NCBI RefSeq assembly: GCF_039654945.1
Contig: NW_027361751.1
Location: 8,742,001-8,806,000, forward strand
DNA length: 64,000 nucleotides
Direction: 5' to 3'
DNA from: Dendrobates tinctorius
Taxonomy: Eukaryota
Shown here: positions 36,753-49,073 of the stretch, in pieces
How positions within the stretch are numbered: position 1 is the stretch's first letter
Layout: the number at the start of each line of letters is the position of its first letter
Made by a program: the position numbers and the translations under genes
Notes under the pieces: generated by a model
Told to the model about the DNA's origin: nothing
Database searches by the model: none
What the model saw: only the letters and a program-made list of their open reading frames with translations

Positions 36753-38123
36753 GGCCTGTTTCACACTTGCTTTTTTTTGCAGCGCGTTTTTCCCGCAAAA
36801 AAACGCATTGAAAAACGCATACAAAAGCATACAACTGCTGCGTTTTTTTCAAGCATTTTTATGAGCATGCATGAAAAAAACGCAGCGTTTTTATGCGTTT
36901 GTATGCGTTTTTAGTGCGTTTTTACCGCGTTTGCGTTTTTTTCCAACATTAGGTGGCCCCTCACACTAACCCAAACCATGACTTTACTAACCCTAACCCT
37001 GACCCTAACCCTAACCCTGACCCTAACCCTAACCCTTAACCAAACCATACTTAACCCTAACCCTGACCCTAACCCTTAACCAAACCATACTTAACCCTNN
37101 NNNNNNNNNNNNNNNNNNNNNNNNNNNNNNNNNNNNNNNNNNNNNNNNNNNNNNNNNNNNNNNNNNNNNNNNNNNNNNNNNNNNNNNNNNNNNNNNNNNN
37201 NNNNNNNNNNNNNNNNNNNNNNNNNNNTTAACCCTAACCCAAACCCTAACTAACCTTAACCCTAACCCTAACCCTGACCCTAACCCTTAACCAAACCATA
37301 CTTAACCCTAACCCTGACCCTAACCCTTAACCAAACCATACTTAACCCTNNNNNNNNNNNNNNNNNNNNNNNNNNNNNNNNNNNNNNNNNNNNNNNNNNN
37401 NNNNNNNNNNNNNNNNNNNNNNNNNNNNNNNNNNNNNNNNNNNNNNNNNNNNNNNNNNNNNNNNNNNNNNNNNNNNNNNNNNNNNNNNNNNTTAACCCTN
37501 NNNNNNNNNNNNNNNNNNNNNNNNNNNNNNNNNNNNNNNNNNNNNNNNNNNNNNNNNNNNNNNNNNNNNNNNNNNNNNNNNNNNNNNNNNNNNNNNNNNN
37601 NNNNNNNNNNNNNNNNNNNNNNNNNNNNNNNNNNNNNNNNNNNNNNNNNNNNNNNNNNNNNNNNNNNNNNNNNNNNNNNNNNNNNNNNNNNNNNNNNNNN
37701 NNNNNNNNNNNNNNNNNNNNNNNNNNNNNNNNNNNNNNNNNNNNNNNNNNNNNCCCTAACTCTAACCCAAACCCCTAAATTCCATGGTTAACAAAAAAAA
37801 ACGCATGTGCAAAAAAACGCATACATAAGCATGCCAATGCGCACATATGCGCACCCATAGACTTATATTGGGTGTCTTGCTGTAAAAAAACGCATTGCGC
37901 GCGCATGCGTTTTTTTGAGGCAAATCGGACGCACAAAAAATGCAACAAGTTGCATTTTGTGCGCCCGAGCGCATACCGCAAAAAAACGCATGCGCGGTAA
38001 AACGCGTACAAACGCATGTGTATGCGCACATAAGCGCATCCCATGCAAAGTATAGGGAAAAAAAACGCATGTGCTATTTAGCGCTAAATTACCGCAAAAA
38101 AAAACGAAAATGTGAAACCAGCC
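36753..38123. mobile_element. Harbinger-type non-autonomous element carrying a telomere-like array
   Basis: TTA TSD (36750-36752 and 38124-38126). Ends GGCCTGTTTCACA / TGTGAAACCAGCC. AAAACGCA-rich arms. Confidence 0.85.
36966..37780 (+). repeat. Telomere-like (CCCTAA)n variant array, partly in N gaps
   Basis: CCCTAA, CCCTGA and CCTTAA hexamers with a 40-bp higher-order unit. Confidence 0.85.
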
Positions 38124-39959
38124 TTAGTGGTAGAAAGCAGAGGGTGGTTATAAATGGTATATTCTCTAACTGGGTCGCTGTGACCAGTGGGGTACCGCAG
38201 GGGTCGGTGTCGGGACCTATTCTCTTCAACATATTTATTAACGATCTGGTAGAAGGTTTGCACAGTAAAATATCGATATTTGCAGATGATACAAAACTAC
38301 GTAAAGCAGTCAATACAAGAGAAGATAGTATTCTGCTACAGATGGATCTGGATAAGTTGGGAACTTGGGTAGAAAGGTGGCAGATGCAGTTTAACAATGA
38401 TAAATGTAAGGTTATACACATGGGAAGAAGGAATCAATATCACCATTACACACTGAACGGTAAACCACTGGGTAAATCTGACATGGAGAAGGACTTGGGG
38501 ATCCTAGTTAATGATAAACTTACCTGGAGCAGCCAGTGCCAGGCAGCGGCTGCCAAGGCAAACAGGATCATGGGGTGCATTAAAAGAGGTCTGGATACAG
38601 ATGATGAGAGCATTATACTGCCTCTGTACAAATCTCTGGTTAGACCGCACATGGAGTACTGTGTACAGTTTTGGGCACCGGTGCTCAGGAAGGATATAAT
38701 GGAACTAGATCGGGTACAAAGGAGGGCAACAAAATTAATAAAGGGGATGGGGGAACTACAATACCCAGAGAGATTAGCAAAATTAGGATTATTTAGTCTA
38801 GAAAAAAGACGACTGAGGGGCGATATAATAACCATGTATAAGTATATAAGGGGACAATACAAATATCTCTCCGAGGATCTGTTTATACCAAGGAAGGTGA
38901 CGGTCACAAGGGGGCATTCTCTGCGTCTGGAGGAGAAAAGATTTTTCCACCAACATAGAAGAGGATTCTTTACTGTTAGGGCAGTGAGAATCTGGAATTC
39001 CCTGCCTGAGGAGGTGGTGATAACGAACTCAGTTGAAGGGTTCAAGAGAGGCCTGGATGTCTTCCTGGAGCATAACAATATTGTATCTTACAGTTATTGT
39101 TAAGTTCTTTAGAAGGACATAGATCTGGGGATTTATTCTGACAGAATTTTATAGGCTGAACTGGATGGACTAATGTCGTTTTTAGGCCTTACTAACTATG
39201 TTACTGTGTTCAGTGAGACTGAACTTTTTTCATTGAGTGATGCTGAATATATATATCTAACTAACTAAAATCGCTATACATAGGAACTGCTTGGATATAC
39301 TTTGCTATTCCCAGACCTTGCCACCGAACAGGTTGAAATAGTCCTGAGGCATGCCTTTATCCTATTTTAATAATATAAATTAAAAGTCAAACTTATTCAA
39401 AATTCTCATTTCTCATGCAAACATTTTTTTTCAGGAAAGAAAGTTGAGTACTCTATGTAGTATCCCCATTGATATCAATGATATGGCATTTTTTTGGTGA
39501 TGTACCCAATTAATTTAAAATGAAAACACTCTAGATTATTTCTACTTGTACCCATATTTATGTTATGAGCCAATACATAACTGGAACAAAACAACTTTGG
39601 CAAACTGGAGAGCAACTTACCACCCAGGCTTAACTTTTCATCATAGAAGGTGCTAAAACTGTGCTACAATTAACTAAAAAAATTCACAGGCTCTATAACA
39701 TATATAAAACACAATGTGTGCGTTGCTGAATACTCACTCAGATGCTTCAATACTATGGACCGTCATTAAGGAAGCAGACACATAATCTTTTTGGTGCATA
39801 CATGGCAGGATCTAAAATACAAAAATGTAATAAAAGATTCAATCATACAACTTTTGTAAACTTTAAAAAGTCCAGGTCTGAGCTCTATAGTTCAAAGTAA
39901 GCTGACAATCATCTCCAACAAGTCAGATATTGGAGTGCAGTATTGAGAAGGTTTCCCTC

Positions 39960-42900
39960 CTGAATGACTCTCTTGCCAGCCACCTTCTTACTATACCCAT
40001 CATCCCCGGATCCCTCCTGAAATAAACAAACGGAGCGCCATTTGGATTAAATTGGTCAAATTGGCCTTTATTATAATAAACATTACAAAATTAGATAACT
40101 TGATGGCAAGGAGGTTCTTAGAGCTCCAAATCCTGACAGAAAACAACATAATAATAAACCATTCAGCATTACCCCCAGTTGTAATCACAAGCTCAGGGGC
40201 ACCCCACCATGAAGAGTCCCAAAATCCACTTAAACAAATTCCAAACATAATGGGAAGGTTACCATCTACCAGAAGTACAACCACCCCACCACAATTTTGC
40301 CACCAACTCCAAGAACCCCATCTCCAACGCCACAGCAACCATTACTTGACCCCTCATAAAATGAGTCACCCCACCAAAAGAAGCGCCTGCTCTACGCCTT
40401 CTTGAATGCTCAGGGCCCATAAATCAAGTCCTATTGCATTTAAGTGTACCGCACCATTCCGCCATAAATTCTCTTCACCAGACTCTACATCCTTACACCT
40501 CACTACAACTCCCAAAATTCATGCCAAAAAATTTCCCACTACCCTTTTTACTTTTATTCCAGTCTTATTGATCCTATCCACAGACCGCGCAGTACGCCAA
40601 TTTTTTCTAGGCACAATATCCAACCACACAGTCTTTGTATTTGGATAAGATGCCCATAGGCGCAAAAAATCATGGAGGATGTCTCTGATCAAATCTCTGC
40701 AAAGCCGAATCCCAATATCATTTCCCACCCACATGCAAAATCAGCACATCGGGGGAACAATCTAAATGTGTAAAACGGTTAAATTCCAGTAAAATCTGCA
40801 GCCAATTCATGTCTCGAAATCCAAGTCACCAATAACCTCGCTCCTAGGAAAACTCAAGTGACGCCTGTTTTTCTGCACATCAGCTCTTATCACACCCCAA
40901 TAAACAAAAGAGTGCCCCATATCCACACTAGCCACGCTCCACCTGTGGGGATAAAAGAGGAATAGCCTACTAACCTCCAACCTCAAAGATTCCAAGAATT
41001 TCCTAAAAACTGTTGCGAACTAATAGCGTTACAGAAAAGAACCATCCCTGTATTTCAACAATTCGCCTGCATTGTCTATCCCTATACCCAAATATTTTTT
41101 TAAACATTCCACTGGACACATTAAGGACCCTGTCAATTCCCACAAAATAAACTTTTTCCTTTTCCTGCCAGATCTGTTTTGGAACAACTCACCCGGAATT
41201 CAACAGAATCACCTTCAACCACATCATGATGTCCTAATAGACCACCCCCTTAATCTGAAGATGGTGAAACTAATTCCCCTATCCTCCTGGCCCCTAAAAA
41301 GGACCATGAAAAAGACAACCGAAATTGCGACTCCTCAAAATGAGAATTGCATACCTACCTAAGCCTAACTCCCAGTTCCTCCAAAATATTGAAAGAAACT
41401 GGCCTACGAGTATCCTAATGAGACCCCTCCTAAAACCCTTCAATGCCTGACTCATCAGGAAATTCTTTGTACTGGCCACTAAACCCCTAAACTTACAACC
41501 AAACGCTATCCCAGCCATAAAATAATTAACTTTTAAAACTGACCACCTTTACGCTGCCACCTGACTTAACAGAGCAATGCACCTACAAGGTCCTCTGCTG
41601 ACCCTGTCTCACCAAACTGACACCTCCAGTCATCCCACTTCTTCATATGCTACCACTGTACTGTCTGCCAGTAACGCTCTAATGAATGAACACGACACTC
41701 CAATGCCAATTCCTAGAACTCTGTGGGCCACATGTAGCCCACGGAATCCACTCTTGGAGCCAAAGACCAAAAACGTTCCCACTGTAATCAAGAAAGAGAG
41801 TCAACAATTGAAATCTCTGCCCCTGGCATATGAAACACCACCACTCATAAGTTAAGGCAAAGGCACCGTAAATCAAAATATCACAGCAAATGAACTGCAG
41901 GGGTCAAAAAGACATATAAATTATTAATAACCATTACCATCGGCATATTGTCACAATGAATTGCTCTCCTCAAATTGACAGAGCCACTACTATCAGGAAA
42001 ATTCCATTAACGTGAGATTCTTCATGAACCCTGCCTCTTCCCACGCTTCCGGTCATTTACCAACACACACCATTGGCCCTTGCAATAAGTCACAAAAACC
42101 TGTGCAACCTGCACTCTATCTGAACAGTATCAATGGTGATCCCCAAAAAACTAATGCAGGTACAGTGACCTTCCATTTTTTCATGTGCTAGCGGAACACC
42201 AAAATGACTAGTTACCCACTACATAGATCTCAACAACTGACAAAACGGGGAACCCGGTGGCCCAATTAATAAAAAATCATCAAGGTAATGAATAACCAAT
42301 GATTTCCTGGCCACATCACATACGACCCATTCCAAAAATGAACTAAATGCCTCAAAGTGCACAAAATTGGGCGCCCCATTGGCATACATCCATCTACAAA
42401 ATGAGCCCTCCAAAAAAAACAACCCAACAAATGTGAGCTATCCGGGTGCACTGGCAATAAACGAAAGGTGGATTCAATATCCTTTTTTGCTAACAATTAC
42501 CCTCTTCCATAATCCCTAACCCAAATAACCGCCACATCAAAAGAGGTATAAACCAAGGAGCAAAGCTCCTGGTCTTTGCCATCATTAACAAAGCAACCTT
42601 TCGGGAATAATAATTGCCAAATGAGCCAAAATTTATTCGGTTCCTTTGTCGGTACAACACCTAGTGGCAAGGATTCAAAAGGAACTGCTATACGTCTGCA
42701 AGAGCCTTCATGAAAATATTTTTAGCCATCACTCAGGGATGTTGATACGCCAACTGAAATTCTTCAATGCAAAAGGAATCACATACGGCAGGGAGGGAAT
42801 TTTAAAACCGAAGCGGAAACCTTCCTCTAACAACAAAGCCTTATCCCTCTTAGGCTGCTTCTACACTTGCCGTGTTTTTTGTGGCCTGTTTTTACGGGCC

Positions 42901-43330
42901 GTTTTTGCGGACCGCAAAAGACCTTCTCGGATCACCGTTTTTCCCAGTTATAACAAATAGCAGGGAAAAAAGGGCGATCCGCAAATACGGTGTACCGCAA
43001 AAACAACTTAACGTTGTTTTTGTGGTACCATTGAAATGCATTGCGGCCGTGTCCATAAGCTGTGAAAAATATCGAGCAAGCTCGATATTTTTTCACACCC
43101 GCAAATACGGCCCTCACGGCCATACAGAGCACGGCCCTCCTACTAATTTTTGCGGCCCCATAGAAATGCATTGGGGCCGCAAAAACGGCCAGCAAAAACA
43201 CGGCAAGTGTAAAACCAGCCTTAGATAAGAGGCCATCATGGGACAACTCACTTTGCTCGCCCCCTTTTGCAACATCCCCAAAGATCTAGCTTTCCTTTTT
43301 TATAACATCAAGCTGCTGTGTTACACTGGC
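39960..43330 (-). mobile_element. Degenerate tyrosine-recombinase retrotransposon (DIRS order, Ngaro-like)
   Basis: RT remnants LAKKDIESTFRLLPVHP and HYLDDFL; recombinase-region remnant LMSQALKGFRRG; SGNH-hydrolase-like remnants GHSFVYW and VGNDIG. Boundaries are approximate. Confidence 0.75.
42853..43220. mobile_element. Harbinger-type MITE inside the Ngaro-like element
   Basis: TTA TSD (42850-42852 and 43221-43223). TIRs GGCTGCTTCTACACTTGCCGTG / CACGGCAAGTGTAAAACCAGCC. Confidence 0.85.
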
Positions 43331-44299
43331 CTTTGTTGAACTACCAGCATAATCCTGGCTTAATTTCTCCAGTTTGGGTCCCACTTCCCCCACCAAAATT
43401 ACAAGATGTTAGAAAAGAAAATATTTATTTTTCCGTATCCAAAATGTCACATATTTTTAAACACACATACAAACACACAGTCAAAAAAAATGGGACACAG
43501 CTGTTCATGCAATGGTTTTCCTTGCTCTTATTGGAATGTGCACATTGCAGATTGCGACTGGAGGCAGCGAAAACACAAAGGTACACCTCTGGAAACAAGG
43601 AATAAATAATCATGTGTGAAAAAAACAGACTATGTGCTAAACCTTAGTTTCCTCAACAGCTCCGCACCCCTTTTTCACTGTGATAACATGTAAAAATTCA
43701 ATTCTCTGAAGCAGCTTAATCAGGATGTCGACTGTAATGGCTTTCCAAGAACCTTCAATTAGTTCTAAGAGGTGCTGAGCACTTGCTGGCTGCCTCACCT
43801 TCACACTGCGCTTTTGCAATTGGGTTGAGTTTGGGTGATTGTGGAGGCCATGTCGTCTGACGCAGCACTCCATGCCTCTCCTTCATGGTCACATAGCCTT
43901 TTCATAGCCTGGAAAAAAGTTTTGAATCATTGTCCAATTAAAACACAAATGATGAAATGATGGTCCTACAAAGTGAAAGCCAGGAATGATGGTTATTGCA
44001 GAATGCTATGGTGGCCATACTAAACATGTCTTGAATTTGGAATAAATCACAGTGTCACCAGTATGCACCTCCCACACACACACCTTCACACCCCCTCATG
44101 TTTCAAGGTGGGCACCACACATTTTAAAACCAACTGCTCACCTTTTCTGCATCTCAGAAAGAAAAAGTAGTTTGTACCAAAAATTTCAAATTAGGACTCA
44201 TCAGCCTACAATATAGATTTCCACTGATCAGGTGTCCAGTCCTAGTGTTTCTTGGTCCAAATAAGCCTCATTAGTGGCTTCTGTGCAGTAATTCGCCAA

Positions 44300-44586
44300 T
44301 AGACGGAAACCATCAACGGAAACCTTCAAGAAGAACCTGAAGACCCACCTGTTCCGACAAGCCTACAGCCTGCAATGATCCTCGGTCTACTGAACCACCA
44401 CACGACCTGCTCTACCCTCTCCTACTGTATCCTCACCCATCCCTGTAGACTGTGAGCCCTCGCGGGCAGGGTCCCCTCTCCTTATGTACTTGTGTGTCCC
44501 TTGTCTTACACATGTTTATTATACTTGTCTATATTTCCCCTTTTCACATGTAAAGCGCCATGGAATAAATAGTGCTATATAAATGC

Positions 44587-44627
<41 letters not shown>
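44300..44627 (+). mobile_element. L2 LINE 3' end inside a Tc1-like remnant
   Basis: ORF2 end FKKNLKTHLFRQAY, GACTGTGAGCCCT...GCAGGG, TGTAAAGCGC and a (TAA)n tail. Confidence 0.75.
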
Positions 44628-44629
<2 letters not shown>

Positions 44630-45915
44630 AGGCCTGCTTCTCGCTTTCTCTTCTGGACAGTTGATATTGAGATTTGTCAGCTACTTGACGTTTTCATGCA
44701 TCTGGGTTCGAACCCTTGAGCCTGTACTTTGTGTTTGGATTGTCTGTCCGCTGAGCCATGGCAGGTACACCTTAGTTTCAGTTATAATTACTTCAGCTTT
44801 TTTTAGGGTAACAGGTGTTTTCATTTACTCATTTGTCCACACTATCACCATTCGGGTGCAGCTTTATATAATTTCCCCCTGCTGATATTTCCTGCTGGTG
44901 ATAGATTCATATAGATGTTCTGACATACTGGTTTTAGCTTACAAAAACTGACGTAAAATACTCATTAAATACTGAACGTGTGAACATGGCCTAACATAAG
45001 CTTTTGTGACATTTTTAAAAAGTCCCAAAACCTAGTTGTATCTAAAAACATCTAACAGAGAAAAACTTGCCCCTTTTGGTGACACAAACCTGAACTGTTT
45101 GGGCTCCAATTAAACAAAATGGCACAAGAAAAGACAAAATATTGCAAATCACTCCAAAAAATTGGAATAAAAGAAATAACAAGAGCTGGTGTAATTACTG
45201 TAAAAACTTCTCAGTGATACAATGCAAATGTATATATCTATAATGAAATGTGACAATAATAATGTAGTGAAGTGTCACTTATAATTATGTCTCTAAAGTA
45301 AGATGTGTGGACTACAGTAAAATAATTACTATGGACGAACAATGATCGCTGTGCTCGGGCTAGAATTTCTTTTATCTGGCGGCCTAAGTGCTTGGAAGGA
45401 ACACACATGCCAAGAAACATCATATAAATCCATTAGAATATAGCAAATGCATGTGCAGCACACAGGTAACCTGTTGTTACGCTCTCCTGCCTGCTTGAAT
45501 AGGCATTAAAGTGCACAAGACAGCAGGTACACAGTAGATGACAGGACAGCACCAGGAAAAAGCATTGAGCTCAGTGACTGATGAACACGAGCGTCATATA
45601 CGCCATGATGTTCTGCAGCCAGCGAGAGCAACCTAAGCCTCCAGGCAGGGGAGAAAGCTTTGCTATTCCAAAACGCGGCAGGGATTTCTAATAAGTGAAA
45701 TACTTTTAGAATGTAAGTATTTTCACCTCTTAACCCCTTCTGTACTCCTGAAATCCTTAATTATAATAGTATTGTTATTTCACATCCCATGTTTAGAAAA
45801 AATCCTATTACCTGAGCAAGAAGAATAAATTAAAGTTTACCCAAGAACGTGAGAGACGGGAGTCAAAAAATTATAGGTCTCATGCCATGTTTCGTCTCTG
45901 TACATTATAAAAATT

Positions 45916-46090
45916 AGGGGTTGTCTGGTCAAAACCGATAAGTCTGCAGTCACTTATGAATCCCCGCAATGCAAGCACGCTGGTTTCAGAGCCCGGAACG
46001 TAGGGTATGTATTACTGCAAATTCCCGCAGCGCACAGTGCTTGCAGACTTATCGGGACTACAGACTTAACGGTTTTGACCAGACAACCCC
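45916..46090. mobile_element. Short T2-type MITE
   Basis: TIRs AGGGGTTGTCTGGTCAAAACCG / CGGTTTTGACCAGACAACCCCT, followed by TTAA. Confidence 0.7.
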
Positions 46091-47424
46091 TTTAATATAG
46101 GACTCTGCTGACCTCTAAGGCCTCCAATTTCCTACATACGGTAGGATATTTTCTATCAGCATTATTTCTAGTTGGATAATAGTACAAAGCCATACAGAAG
46201 CAATAAACAGGTGCACAGATGCTATATAAACTACTGATAAAGCAATGTTATTACTACAAACACAGTGTATGAACATCCTTACTGATAAGAGTGGTAAGAC
46301 AGCAATAAACGACATCCCAATGAGCATCCCAGGTCATACTTCAGGTTCCTGGCAATTGGCCATAACATGCACACAGGCTGTACAGAGAGCGCTGAATTCA
46401 TTTAGTGGTGTGCACCTCTTAGTGAATTTGGCGCCTTCTACTCCAGATAGATAGGCATAGCACGAGCCAGTCTATAATGTGTAACTGGTGTGATCCCACA
46501 AATTTTGATAGTGGAAAGATTATAGCTAAAGCTGTAGAAGTAAAAATTGAATTTTAACATGGAAGCAATTACTTAGGTTTTCAGGGATTAAACACTGAAG
46601 ACCACGGTCTGAAACAATGTTGGTGGTAGTAAACATCAGTGGATGCTTGAGTTGTTATCACTGATGTGCCCACATATCTTAGAGAGCTGTTGGCCTACAC
46701 AAACGACTCAGAGCATTCATCTGATTTCAATGGCTAAAGTAAAGTCGGCCACTTGAAGGATGTTTGATGATGCTTTTGCTAACTGTTCAGCCAACAGTCC
46801 CCTCAGCCATCTTCTAGACTCAGGAGCGCTTGCTTGGTTGAACGCTCCTGTGTTCTGAAGGAGAAAGTTGCCAGCAGACATGTCTGCCGGCAGCTTAACT
46901 CCGGGAGAAAAAAAAAGCGATCATTAGTCTACAATCGAATTTGCCAATTCGACATCTCGCCTAAAAGTTTGTCTGGCACATTAGATTGTCCGCCAAACCC
47001 GTCAATATCACCAAGTGTTCACGTGTTTTCAACGGAAAGAGAGGAGGAAACCACTACCAAACTTCTCTTACAGCGGCTGACCTTTCCTGAAAACTGAAAC
47101 TAACTTGGGTGTTGAAATTCCCACATACCGATCCTTTTCACCAGCGAGGTCATCTTTTTGGTGATAGTCAATAGGCCCCTGTTTACATTAGACTATTAAC
47201 TGGTCACACCAAAATGAGCAGCTATGTAATATGTAATTTGTAATATGTGTGAAGACCTTTAGACTTGTGGCAGTAAAATTACAAGCAACAGTCAAGAGAA
47301 TCTGAATCACTGACAGTACAATGACAGTCAATACAATGTACAGAAAACGGTAAATTATGGCCCAACGAAGTATTAAAGGTGTCGCATTTCCTAATTTTTT
47401 AACAGTTTTTGGCTCAAACTTGAG

Positions 47425-47570
47425 CCATGGTGACTTGATGGATGAACGATCTGTATGAAGACTGATCTTTCGCAAGCCTGGTTAGGTCCACCAGGGTCTT
47501 CTCCACTGTTATGTTGATAGTATCAAGTCATCCGGTTGCTGGTCTTCCTCTTCACCTTCTTTCCTCTATT
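47425..47570 (-). mobile_element. RTE-clade LINE 3' remnant
   Basis: - strand translation RGRPATG*LDTI...LTRLAKDQSSYRSFIHQV resembles the RTE ORF C-terminus (RGRPxxRWxDxI). Confidence 0.55.
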
Positions 47571-48659
47571 CTAAACTTTCATTGCGTTTACATACTAGCA
47601 GATGTTCAGGATGTTGGTCCTCAACACTTTGGTGTACCACACTAACGAAAATAAATTCACTTTAGGTGGATTTCACGTGATGGTTGTCAAACAGACAGAA
47701 ACAGTGCAAAGTTATTGTTGGGTTATTCATCCCTGACACCACCATGAGTTCGAGCGGACAGCAGAATAACAGAGAAACTAAGCAGAAATGATTCTGAGGT
47801 CATTGAGCAATAAGCTCCCAGTGGCACATGGCCCCATCATGACGCGACGGTTCACACAAGCAGCACCACTGTGACATTCTGCTTTATACCAGCGAAACTC
47901 TTCCACGGGGTCAATGCTCAGAAAAGATTCTAAATTAGGGATATCTCCGGCTGTCGCTGCCAAACTGCACTACATTATTAATACCAGAGCTATAATAGCA
48001 GTTTATGGAGAATTACTTAACACAAGTACAGCAGGAGTATACAACATTCTTGTAGCAGCTCTAGCTCACCAGAGTCCAGAATTATTAACCCCGACTTATA
48101 AATGTCTAGTAGCGCTCTCCCAAAAGTATAATGACCCAGACATACAGTAGAAGTATACAGCATTCTATTAATCTGAACATATGCAAAGAAAACATATCAT
48201 TTATAGGATTATTACTTTCCCAATCAAACAAAGCATTAGTTCTATACGCTCAAACCATCAGCAAATATCAATTACGTCTCCACGATTCATCAAAGTCCAC
48301 ATAATCCCCATTGGCAGACACCACATAATAAACCCGACTAGCGATACAATTAAAGCCCATGAGGATACAGCATTCTCTAGTGACGTTATACATTCTATAT
48401 GCTGCTTATAGTTCCTATAACACGACCCCAGATCAGGACTATAATGTCTCCTGCACACAGAAACCCTATTACCCCCCTATCTGGTAAGAATAGAGTCAAC
48501 AACACAACACAAAAGCATCATACAAAAGTATACAACATCCGACCAACCCGACTAGTGTGCCGCATTCTACAAGACAGTCTATGGCACAAAACCCAAAGCA
48601 GTGCACACGGGGACACCCGACAGAGAGGCGTCCCAAGTGTCAGCAATGCATTCACTCAC

Positions 48660-48989
48660 CGGAGTGCAGACAGTCAGAGCCTGACAGCCGCTCGGCTACT
48701 AGTGCTGCCTGTGGCAAGGGAAAGCATCCCAGGCTTCTCCTGCAACCAGTCTGTGGCACTGAGCCCCGTGTGTGACAGGACAGGAAGGAGGCTCTCAGAG
48801 GTGTATGAGAAGAAGGGGTGGCGTGACGTGAAGAGAAATGGGGTATGCTCCTCCTCCAGCAGCACGAGGAAGTGAACTCTCTGCCTTGTGCCAAAATTTC
48901 GCTGCCAACAGAAAAATGAAATGAGTTCTGGGACCGCAGTGCCCTGAGCGGATCACGTGCTCTCACTTCTTCATGCTGGAGGCTTTATA
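48660..48989 (-). promoter_or_regulatory. Putative GCNT4 core promoter and non-coding first exon
   Basis: TATAAA on the - strand (48984-48989), then ~300 bp of GC-richer non-repetitive sequence ending in a consensus donor CCG|GTGAGT (48660|48659). Same strand as GCNT4, whose CDS starts after an acceptor. Confidence 0.6.
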
Positions 48990-49073
48990 CTGTGCACTCA
49001 GCATCGACTGTGGGGTCTGGGGCTCACAGGAGGAATGGACTCTAGGGGCCCACCCTACAGCTATATACCTTAA

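Larger units (their letters stand above)
35925..39209 (+). mobile_element. 5'-truncated CR1 LINE (ORF2 RT), frameshifted and split by a MITE
   Basis: Motifs KSPGPDGIHPRVL, NYRPVSLTS, YLDFSKAFDTV, GVPQGSV, FADDTK, FFTVRAVRIWNSLP. 3' end repeat ACTATGTTACTGTGTT. NWL|SGRKQRV rejoins when 36753-38126 is removed. Confidence 0.92.

Noticed and set aside
36966-37780. Possible true telomere or chromosome-fusion scar
   Set aside because: The array is degenerate, has one orientation only, and is bounded by transposon TIRs and a TSD. The duplicated flanks around the N gaps may be assembly artefacts.
37940-38126. Novel N-terminus of the 387-aa RT ORF
   Set aside because: It is chance read-through from the inserted Harbinger-type element into CR1 ORF2.
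46591-46621. CTGAAGA...GAAAC hammerhead-like string flanked by AACA/TGTT
   Set aside because: Stem II is weak, there is no valid NUH cleavage site, and no TSD or fold-back context was found. It could be an ancient remnant but is unsupported.
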